DNA from: Raillietiella orientalis
Lineage: Eukaryota
NCBI GenBank assembly: GCA_036172245.1
Contig: JAYWIR010000005.1
Span: 3,224,001 to 3,288,000 of the forward strand
Reading direction: 5' to 3'
DNA: 64,000 nucleotides
Shown one piece after another: positions 25,101 through 35,880 of the stretch (positions within the stretch are counted from its first letter, which is position 1; the number at the start of each line of letters is the position of its first letter). The notes below the pieces were generated by a model, which saw only the letters and a list, made by a program, of their open reading frames with translations, did not search any database and had not been told where the DNA came from. Both the position numbers and the translations under genes were made by a program.

Positions 25101-27664
25101 AACACACTCCATTTTCTCGACTATTGGTCTCCTTTCTTTCAAAAAACAACTTGCTCAGTTTCCGAGCTGCTCTATAATTCAGCTCTGTTCGCTGAACATT
25201 CAAGCACAGTTTTCAGTGACCACTCAGGTTTGTGTGTGCGTCACCTTTGTCTCACGCCCGAAGTCGCGCACTTCTCTTATTGAAACTAAAATTTAGTGGA
25301 TATGGGTAATTTTTCTTAGCAAGTCTGAAATCGCAATTCTTCCATTGAAAGCTCTCAACTATCTTACATCGGAAATCATTCCCTCATATAGGTGAGAACC
25401 GGTTTCTCAACTTGGACTTGTCACGTCATATCTGCATCGGACATGCTGTGTTGGGATGCTTATGGGAACGGTAAATGAATCTGAAAGTCAACTATTTCAG
25501 ATAGCATGTTGAACCTTCCCTCTCTGGTTATTCATTTTCTACTGATTTGTCCTTCTTCTCTGCTTCCCATTTTGTACATCATAGATTTGCTATACATTTC
25601 CCTGCCATCAGCTTTTTTCCCCAAACAGTTGTAAGCTTGCCATAAATCACACACGTTCAGCTGTACCTCTGCTTTTGTGATGGTTCTAAAGCACTGTAAA
25701 TAAGCAAGCATTCCTCAAACATAAGTTTTTACCAGCTTTATTTATTTATGTATTTATTTGGTGTAGGTATTCTAACCATTTTTTCCTAATAATTCCTTCA
25801 AGCCTCATATCTTTCTTGATAACAGCTTTATTTGGTTTTAATGGATCATTCATTTGTAAATAGGAGCCCATGTTCCTATTTATTTTATACCTGCTTTCTA
25901 ATGAAAGGTGTAATGATACTGATAGCTATCTGTGTTCGGGCATTTTCAGTACTCTAGAGATTGAGAGCGCTTTGATGACAAAAGAAGACAAAAGAAGGAA
26001 ACCTGAAGGATAAGCCAACACAATTGCCAGCTGAACAGGTGAAATCCTAGTAATTCATGAATAACGACGAGTATCCTATTGGATTTGTATTCTCACGAGT
26101 TGCCAACTGAGCTAAATTTTTAGGAATCTTTCCATAAAAACCAAAGAAATAGTCCAACTGCTTTCAAAAAAAAATGAAAAACTCTCTGCATTTCACAAAT
26201 GAGAAAACGGATAAAACAAATGGATTCAAGATCAATCTCTTTAAGGTAAGATTCCAGAATCCAACCCAATTGGACCCTCGTCTATTGATCATGTAGGTAC
26301 ACAGTACTTTTGACAAAACGCTTGTCCCTTTCTGAACCTGTTGCAAAAACGAATGATGTTTTTTGGAGCTTCTTAAAAAAATAAAAATAAAAAAAAAGAG
26401 AAGGCAAATTCAAGTTCTCACAAGAATCATTAGGCTGTTTTGTTTTGGGGAATGCCACGTACAATCTGAGTTTTTGAGTGAATGGAAGAAACTCATGAAA
26501 AGTGAAATGGAACTTTGGTAAAGAGAAGTGGTAAATAAAGCGGAAGGCCGAGAATAAACTTTTGATCAAAGATAAAAAAAAAAAAAAAGGAACGAAAAAT
26601 CAATTAGTTATTTCTCTGAGAAGAAACAGCAGATTGATAAAAACGCGAAATATGTAAAAATTGAAGTTTTCTATGAAAACAAATAGTTTGGACATAGAAC
26701 GTAGCTCGTAGACTTGCTATTCAGAAATAGAATTCGCTCTCTCCACAAAAATCCAAGAAAAAAAGGTTTTCACATCAGCTGTCCAAAAAAAACAAAAACA
26801 AAAATGAAGGTGCAAACAAAACCATGATTTCAGAGGAACAAAACAAATTGTGTTTTTATGGTCCAGTGGTGTTCTGATTTCGTGTTTGGGGAAGAACGCA
26901 TCTCGTTAGTCTGATGTTTCTAGGTGAACTGGGTCGTGCTGGGATCCGAACATATCTGACTGGATCATAGGGAAAACAGACCGGAAGTAGACGTTTAGAA
27001 TGAAAATCTTACATGTGTGTTTCTAGAATATCCAACAACACCGTGACGTACACTGTGGATGGGAAAGCCTATGTCATTGGAATATGGAATGTGCTTGACC
27101 AGTCTTCTACAAGACTTCGAACTCTTTCGTATCCGCAGACGGTAAAGCGAGCCACCTATCTTCACTGTAGTATTTTCCAGAGAAATAGGATATTTTCATC
27201 ATATGTTTCTCGGTTGTCCACCCAAAATCCTATGCAAACGTCTTGGACAAGGTGACTAAGCAGAATCCTCGTGTTTAGCAAAAATCTGTCGAAATTACAG
27301 TGGTATCCTGAAATAAGAAGACATACTGCCGATACCCCTATTATTTTATTAGGCACCAACACTGATAGGAGATATAGCTATCAAACCGTGCTGGAGTTGC
27401 GCAAGAATGTTTTGGCTCCTCTTTTGTACGCCCAAGTAAGATTCTCACGATGTGAATTTGGCTGAATTCGCTTAGGGAGAGTCACTGAAAGAAGAAATCG
27501 GTGCGACGAAGTACCTGGAATGTAGTGCTGTCAAGATGGAGGGGATTGACGATGTGTTCCAGGAAGCTGTAAGGATTGTCAATACAATCCGCAAACCTAA
27601 GCAGGGACGTTCTCATTCACACCCGTTCTCGAAGATTTGCCGATGTTTTAAACAGAAGAAATAG
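19194..27664 (+). CDS. Divergent Rac-like Rho-family protein with degenerate G-boxes (candidate pseudo-GTPase), 202 aa, 6 exons
   Basis: Exons 19194-19228 (35 nt), 23378-23449 (72), 27027-27141 (115), 27189-27251 (63), 27301-27435 (135) and 27476-27664 (189) are all GT-AG and join into an open 609-nt frame: MQTIKCVVVGDRCAGIGDFILSFVKGSYPTDHSPMKISNNTVTYTVDGKAYVIGIWNVLDQSSTRLRTLSYPQTDIFIICFSVVHPKSYANVLDKWYPEIRRHTADTPIILLGTNTDRRYSYQTVLELRKNVLAPLLYAQGESLKEEIGATKYLECSAVKMEGIDDVFQEAVRIVNTIRKPKQGRSHSHPFSKICRCFKQKK*. Rho hallmarks are IKCVVVGD, RLRxLSYPQT, KWYPE, the Rho insert and KYLECSA. The first four exon sizes follow the Rac pattern (35/72/118/63). Confidence 0.9.
22414..23174 (+). mobile_element. 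SINE-like retroelement with tRNA-like head, flanked by 12-bp target-site duplication
   Basis: GC-rich 761-bp block in an AT-rich intron. Identical GAAAGCAAAAGG lies at 22402-22413 and 23175-23186. It has an A-box-like TGGCTGCGGTGG near 22432, a B-box-like GGTTCGAAT at 22474 and a 3'-terminal hairpin CCACCC-TC-GGGTGG. Confidence 0.65.
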
Positions 27665-29737
27665 AATTTACCGGCTCCCGAATTACAGGTGAAATGGAAA
27701 CTGGAAAGTGGAAGCTGCTCTTATAATAGAGGGATGGATGTAATGATCATTTGATTTACATTTCGTTGAACAATTTCAGAACATTAATATTTGAATATTT
27801 GCTCATATGATTCACAGTTTGGAAATGTAGACAGAAAAAATCTCTTTTAGAATTTCACAGGAATTCATTGCAAGAGCTCATCTGTTTTTCCCCATAAATT
27901 ATTCAATCTAATTTTTGATAAGGTTCCATGTCTTCTTAATACTCTTCTCGTTGCTAAGCAGCTGATTCTATTCGAGTTTTTATTTTGCACAAAAATTACT
28001 TTCAAAGTTTTCATCCTTTATTCATAATGAAATCTGTGCGCTGAAATTTACTTCTGAATTGCCTGGAGAGAGCCCTGGCTCGTGGTTTAGAAACCGATGA
28101 CACTGAGACCACCCCTGGTGAGCCAAAGTCTGATCTCGATTCTGTTCTTTTACCAGCTATACTACGTATAATTCAACGGGCAATGAACATCCCAGATGCA
28201 AAATTGAATGCTATTAGTCAGTTCATTAGTAGTGCCCTGGGCAAAAAGGTTGCCTCCAGAGCGCTAAAAGGTATAATTAGCGTCACTTTTCAGGAATCAG
28301 TTGAAAGAAAGTTGCAGATCTTTTCAAGATGATGAGATGTACTTTTCAAAAAGTGCCCGCTCTCAATTCGTTGACAGTTCAATACATGCGAATATGAAAA
28401 ACACTTACCAGCGACCTAAAAGCTCTGATACGAGGACAGTAGAATTTATCCTTATCTTTGAGCTAATGGCTGGAAAACCATAATCATAGTAAAGAATAAG
28501 AAAAAACATTCTCTAAAACCGATAGAGAAAACGACTCTTAATGTTAAAACTTACTCCATTAATGAAGTTTATCGAACTTTAGATTCGGTGTAACTATCTG
28601 AATTCACTTCATCCTATCTAATCTATGCAGATTCAGTTTTTTTAAAGATGTAATAAGGATGGTCCTTTCGTTGTGGGTTTATAAACATGCAACCCCAAGT
28701 GCAAGCTGACTGTCTAGGGAGCACTGAAGTATGAACCCCAGAGAGAAGAGACCATAAAAGAAATAATCGAGATCTCAATGGAAAGTCACATAAGAGAAGA
28801 CTGTGTCTTGAAATTAAATTTCTCTTAATATCATTGCGAACTGTTTAGAATTCTAAGATGCAGAAAATTCTGAAGATCTAGATTTTGATTCCAGTCATCT
28901 GAAAATGTTTTCTTCTGACAGTGCAATGAAATGTTCTACCATAAGCTGTGCATTTATTTGGTTTCTTTCATGCTTTGTCTTTTTTTCCTTGAGGATTTCT
29001 GTTCATTAGCCCCTGAAAAGAATACGGACGCTCTCTTAAGTAGCCGGCTAGAATTATTCTTTAAAATTTGCTTAGAGCACCCCCATGGAAACCTCTAACA
29101 CAAAAGGGACACAAAATCAGAGTTTTCAGAATCCCATTCAAAGAATCATTATCATGGATTTGGTTTTCTTTGTTCCGGACATTTTGGGGAGCAGACTTTC
29201 CCATGGAAAGATTCCTGTTGCACGTGCAACAGCTCTGTCAAGTTTGCTCTTTTGATAATTCGTAGAGCTGTTACTCAGGAAAAAATAGGGACCCTAGTAA
29301 AATAGGATCCTTAGGTGCAGTTTCTGAAACATTATGAAAAACCAAAGAGAAGATGGAAAGCTTTCCATGAGGACTTTCCATGAGGTGTTTGAGATATCCG
29401 ATTGATATATGAGAGAACTCTGAAAAAAACTAAATTCATTAGTTGGGGTTCTATGCTCGACAATAAGAAAAAGAATAGCAATCAGTTTTGTTTAGTGGAA
29501 ATAAAAGAAAAGCGCATGAAAAATAATAACAAATTGTGGCGGTGCCACTCCAATACAATTGCATCTTTCAAATCGATGATGTCCATTCAAGATTTCAAGT
29601 ACATAAGTCACATACAGTTTAGGCTATTTATATGTGAACCTCAGCATGTTTAAAGTCATGTCATAGCAGTCTATAAGTCACAACAGTCAATAATTCACAA
29701 GTTACTAAGAATTAGAAACCCTTCAACAAGTAAGGTG

Positions 29738-29789
29738 TTTTTTTTTTTTTGGGGGGGGGGGGGGGGGGTAGGGAAGAAAGGGGGGGGGG
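29738..29789 (+). repeat. T13-G18 homopolymer junction plus G10 run (G-quadruplex-capable)
   Basis: T run 29738-29750, G run 29751-29768, GGG at 29771 and G run 29780-29789. Confidence 0.9.
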
Positions 29790-31929
29790 AGAGAAAGTCA
29801 AGTTATTTTCAAGTTTTAATTCTACCCACACGATTCAGCAAACCGTAGGTATCGTATTTTTCCTTCTACGTTGAGGAGTAGCTGTTCTCTAATTCAGACA
29901 TTTGGAAGTTTGCACCCGAAGTCCCCAAACTAAAATTTTCTAAAAATCTGAAACTTTTCTAGCGGAGATTTCTCGGTCTCCTCAAACAGATTTGTCGTCA
30001 TCTAATCCACAGTCCATCATCCCAGTTACGTATTTCATCATTAGAAATTTGTTCCTTCTAGCCTTACCCTGCATTTTCCACAATAATGTTGAACCTATGA
30101 AACGGCTGCTTTATTCCCATATGTTCATTCATGCTCTTCCTGGAAATCCTGTCCTTGCTATCGATGAAAGATGAAGAAATGAAAAGCCACTGATCATCAC
30201 TGGGCATGGAAACTTTCATCCTGATCGATGGGCTCTCACAAATTAGGTTTCTTCTTATAAAACCCATAAAATAGGTTTTGATATAAGATGCGATAGGTAC
30301 AGAAATTCATATAAGAACTCAATTCTTTTCCTTTTTTTTACACATCACACATCTATGACGCAAATAGCAGCTAGATTTTTTAGACGAATTTATTCTTTCA
30401 AAGCAAGACTCTTAATATGCTCAAAGAAAGCAAAATCATCTCATTCTTTATAGATCTTTTCTTTGTTAACATGAATGTAAAGCTGTTGTCTTCAATCGTG
30501 ATAATCATTGGAAATTTCCACTAAAAGTTAACGAATTCAGAAAGTAGTTTTCAGAAACTTCTCAGTGAAAATACGAAAAAGAAGAAAAAGAAAAAACGAT
30601 TCTAAATTCAAAGAGCAATATGGCAGACAATGTTAAGTACGAAAATGAACTCAAAGAAAATAAAATATTTCTTGGGATGTTTACTATGAAGAATGCTTCC
30701 AATATATACTCTTTCCATTAATGAAATACGATCCTCAATTGCACAGCAATGTAGAACATCGGCAAAAGTCCTTAAACGTTTCCCGACGATGATTATTGGA
30801 TTTTGTAATAAAACTGTTCCCTAAAACAATAAAATTCAAGAGATGATAAATGGTAATGGCTTCCGATGATAAGCATTTTCATATTTTTCCATTAAAATAA
30901 TGTGGTTGGCAATTCACCTGATATTGAAATTTCTGCTTAGTACATTAGTTTCTGTTTAGTAAACAAAGCATTACGTAAATTTTCCAGATTAAGAATGCAT
31001 TGATGTAATCCTTTAAACTTAAATTAATAAATACTGTTTCTCACTCGATACTCCTTTTCTTTGAAGTTGCTGGATGTTGCTGTATTATTTCAAAGTTGTG
31101 ATTTCAAAGTTGAAATCAAAATCTTCCCAGCTATGTTTGAGGTTTCACGTTTTGAAGAGAATTTAATGAATTTTGGGAACTTATCAGTTACTACATCAAT
31201 GATCATTGCTATAATCAGTTACTGTATCAATGATCTTTATAATCATTCTATTCAGTTATGCTTAGCATTTTTGAAAAAAGCACTTTGTGTTACTTCTAGT
31301 GACAAATCTTATATCAGAAATGGAGAAAAGCACTCTTCTCTAAATGTCTTCGTTTATAGCTTCACAAAAGAAATCTTCACCAATTTTGGTTTTTAATAAA
31401 TGTCATTAGTAACAAAATTATGAAAGAGCTAAAAGCAGTACACGTAGGTTGACATGTGATTATTAACTTTCGTCTCACATGCAAAAGTTTCGAACTATCG
31501 GAATTAGCCTGCAATTAAAAAATTTTATTACACCATTTGTTTTTTAAAAAAGACTCTTGTTTTTGTGCCTTCGATGATTAAATCAACGGAATCTAAGAAG
31601 ATACGAACTGTCACCTAATGCAGACCAATTCAGAATATGATTTCAAAAATTAAAAATTAGATGAAAATTAGCTGTTTGAACGCATTGTAAGAGACTAAGA
31701 AGCAAAATTTGACATTTTTGGCATAAGAAATATTTCCCAAAGTTCTGTTTTATCCTTTAAAAAAGTGTTTAGATAAGTTCTAGGGACGTTTATTCAGCTC
31801 TTCTTTAATATGTCAAAATCATCTAATTTTGATGTGGTAGTTTTGAAATTTAAAAGGTTTGGTATCGTTGGTTTTATTCGTTGAGGGTGTTTAATTTGCG
31901 TGTGGTACGGCATCAGTAGTAACAACGAT

Positions 31930-34900
31930 ATGGTAGATGATAGGTAGAATGTATTGTATCCCCATGTAGAATGGAGCATTTTGACCTTGTTTCTGGTATT
32001 TAACGAGTTTGTGTATATGCTTTGTTCGTTGGACAGCATGAATGTGTTGACATTGGACTCTAAGGAAAATAGAGTTCAGAATGGCAAAGTGAAGGATAGA
32101 TCTCGATGGGTCCGATTAAACGTTGGAGGAAGATATTTCCTAACAACCAAAACAACGTTGAGTAAGGACCCGAATTCATTTTTGTTTAGGTTATGCCAAG
32201 ACGACCCAGACCTTAATTCAGATAAGGTATGCTGCTTCTAAATTGTATTTAATGTGTGCAGAATATTATCAAAAAAACAATGTTATTTAGTCAATAGGTC
32301 GACTTCCCCATGTGTTGGTTGCCAGTGGTTGATAAGAAAATCAAAATTTTTAGAAAATGTTCACAAAACTTTGGATGTAGATCATTTCTCTTTGTTGTTT
32401 TCTGTAATGACAACTTTGTATTTTCTTATCCCCCAGAAGCTTAAAGGGTTTAATTCCTCGAATGGTTTGATTTGTAAAGTATCTCATAATCACATGTGAC
32501 TATTCCAAATGCCATTAATAGGTTGTTTTTATTAATTTGTAAAGCTATCTCTAATTAAATTTGGGACAAGTATGAAGGAAGAACTGATAAAATCTAGTTA
32601 TTGTAGAAACTTTGAAGATATTTTCCTTTTCCAGAACTAGTGGAACTTTTCTGCAACGATAGAATCGGCAAAGATATGATTTCTGACCATTTTTTCCGAT
32701 GTTTTTTTCATTTTAATTTAATTCCGAGTGCATTGGAAATACATTTCTTGTAGGTTATATGTAACTAGCACGAATTGCATTTTAAAGAATTTATGATACA
32801 TTTTATTGATTGATTATTTAGCAAAAGAATTTGTTTTACCCATGGCTGAAAACAGAACTTGATTTCCAAAATGAAGAGTGGATTGCTTTTACAGATGTAA
32901 TTATTATTGACTGCACCTAATCATTGCATGTATCCCTATGAAAACTTATGAATTAAGTTATTAAGTTCACTAATAATAATGGAAAGGAAGAGCTTCTAAT
33001 CCTAGTAATTAAGACACTTTTTAGACATTTGTATGCTTCACTATATGATTGCATGAATTCAGAAGAAGTTATATAACTTGAGTGATTCAAGAATTTGAAA
33101 AACTAAAATTGACAATCATTATTTAGTTGCAAATGATAGATCATACTATACAAGTTTTCATAGAATCCAGTCATGTATGCATTCAGGAACAATGTACATT
33201 GGATGAAATCATTTGTATGCATTTCAATATCAATCAGTATGAATTGTACATAAGCTACATATGTATGATTGTGATGTTTTTAACCAAATTCTCTTATGTA
33301 TGAAATTTTTTTGCTCCTTTGTGGTTCAGACCTTTAGGAGTTTCTAGAGAATTAATAAAATTTTGAATCTGTTCAATTTGGAAATGAGAAATTATCAAAA
33401 TGAGAAACTGACAAAAAAAATTGTAACAGAAGTATCGTTTTGAGTTTTAAATATTCTTTCATTTGTTTTCTTTTTTCAACTAAATGACCCAGAATTAGTG
33501 GATATAGAATGATTAGTGAAAGTTTTGGTAGTATGCAATATGGATTCAAGAGTGAGATTACTGCAGTTTAAGACTGTACGAGTTTCACAAAAACATGATC
33601 ATGCATGGTAAACATTTTGGTGCTTGAATGTTCTGATCAAAAAATTTTTTTGGAGAAATTCAAAGTGAAGGTTAATTTCAAATATACATTCAAAAAAAAT
33701 GTAGCAAGAAACTGCAAGCATTGTCATGATTATCACTGTGTGTTAACAATGCTGTGGCAGAGTTATTCTTATGCATGAAATGTGATGGTAAAAAGTTGTT
33801 TTTACCACACTCACCCACAAGTTGAGTGATCATAGCTGCAAAACAGAATGATTAAGGTTAAGAATACTGTACATTATAAAGAGAACAATTGACACTGAAA
33901 ATGCTTCAATTTTTTCAATAAAATACATCAATGAAACTATTTTATTTGATGAAGTCTATTGTTTGTTCCTATTACAGCAGCAAATAGTCAAGAATGTCTC
34001 ATAATAATATAATATTCGTTAGTGCACAATAATAATGATGTAATAAGAGTTGAATATTAGAAACCAACTTATGCTCTTCCATCATTAGAACAGCATTTGG
34101 AATGTACTTTTTTTAACAAAAAAAAAGTGTGAAGCCACATTTGAAATACTCATCATTCAAGTGTTGATATGGAACTGATATATAAGCTTGAAAAATAAAA
34201 GAATACATTTGTTATAAAACTAATTTAATGAATTGGAATTTTTGCTTTCATAGTTTTGTGAACAATTACTTAATAAAGTATGTAACAGTAAAAACTTTAC
34301 TATGTTATAGAACAGTATGTTAAATCCAGCATCATATTTGTCTCATGTAGTTTTTGAACCAAGTTATCATTTTGATAGTTCAATGTGCTTTATAAGTTGT
34401 TGATTTGATGATGGTGTTCATTTTAGAGTTATCTTATAAGTTATTAATGACTGTTTTGGATAGCATTCCTAAGTGAAGTCATGAGTAATTTGAAATAGAG
34501 TTTCAGAATATTGAAACTTATTAAATTCATTTGTTTCCTCACATCATGTTAACCAATTTTATGTCAACAAATTTTAATTTTTTCTGTTGTACTTAGGAAA
34601 GCATAATTTTAGTGTGTATTGGTTGAAAGTGATTCAGTATCTTTTGACTTGTGTTGTATTGCATAGATTTATGATTTATGTGCTTATTGAAGTGCACAAC
34701 ATGAGTGTTTATACAACAGCAAAGTATACTATATCAGTTTTAAAACCCTGTAAATTTTGATGCATTAGATGTGTTGATGCTGAAAGTCTTGGTGGTAATT
34801 TATAAATTCAAACATGCATATATTGCCTAGGATGAAACTGGTGCTTACCTCATTGATCGAGATCCAACATATTTTGGGACCGTGTTGAATTTTCTCAGGC

Positions 34901-35427
34901 ATGGAAAAGTTATCATGCAAAAAAACATAATTGAAGAAGGTTGGGTTATTTTGTCATTTCCGTTTCTCTGATCTGATTCCTTATAGGTTTATTGGAAGAA
35001 GCAGAATTTTATAATATAACAGAATTAATCCGGCTTGTCAAAGAACGGATTATAATAAGAGATCATAAGTACAATCGAGATGGCAAGAAGCATGTATATA
35101 GGGTACTGCAGTGTCATGAGGATGAATTAACTCAGATGGTGTCCACCATGTCTGATGAGTGGAAATTTGAACAAGTATGGTGCAAAACTCTTGTTAGAAA
35201 TAATATAATCTTGTTTTAGGTGATTAATATTGGATCTCAGTACAATTATGGTAATGGTGAGCATGCTGAATTCCTGTGTGTTGTTTCCAGAGAGTATCCT
35301 CAACCCGATAGTATAAGGGAAAAGGAACAGATTGCTTCAGACAAAGCTAAAGTGAGTATGAAAGTTTCTTTTCTTGGATAATTTATTTGTTGAATAGTTT
35401 CTGCAATTGAAGGGTTCCCGCATGTAG
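31930..35427 (+). CDS. KCTD5: BTB/POZ-domain protein KCTD5/KCTD2/KCTD17 (insomniac) orthologue, Cullin-3 adaptor
   Basis: Possible 14-nt first exon 31930-31943 (ATGGTAGATGATAG|gt, in frame; otherwise start at ATG 32038), then exons 32037-32226, 34831-34939, 34987-35174, 35220-35351 and 35398-35427. Translation: [66 protein letters not shown]...LEEAEFYNI...[54 protein letters not shown]...[12 protein letters not shown], diagnostic of the KCTD5 clade. Confidence 0.96.
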
Positions 35428-35811
35428 TGCCTTTGGCTGCATTACCAACTGGGTAAAGTTTTGATTTGTAAACACAACATAAAGTAGAGCATGCAGCAAA
35501 TACTAAATTTCAAAATTAGCCTGCTTCTGGCTTTGTTGACGGCAAGGACACATGCAGAACAGTTGGAATGTTTTTCTTCATCAGAAGCTACAGTTGTTAT
35601 ATATGTTATACTGATTGATTGATAAAGGATTGGTTAATTACAATCTGCCATTCTAATTGAATTCTAATTGATATCTTATATATTTGTTTTAACTTTTCGT
35701 ATTCAGTTTTATGGTATCAGTATTTTTTTGGTAAGATGAAACTGTGGAACATGTACATAACATAGATAATGTGATTACTTTGTCTTATCAAGGAAATAAT
35801 TTATCAATAAT

Positions 35812-35880
35812 AATAAATTTTTCAACAAACAATAAATTGTCCTTTCATCAATTAATATTAAAATAATAGTAATTAATAAA
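35812..35880 (+). terminator. Polyadenylation signals of the KCTD5 gene
   Basis: AATAAA at 35812, 35831 and 35875, about 390-450 nt after the stop codon. Confidence 0.5.

Noticed and set aside
29352..29367. Short perfect palindromes (ATGGAAAGCTTTCCAT; also 14-mers near 1359, 48668 and 54489) and polyT-polyA junctions
   Set aside because: They are isolated and short, with no shared sequence or flanking structure, and are compatible with chance or slippage.
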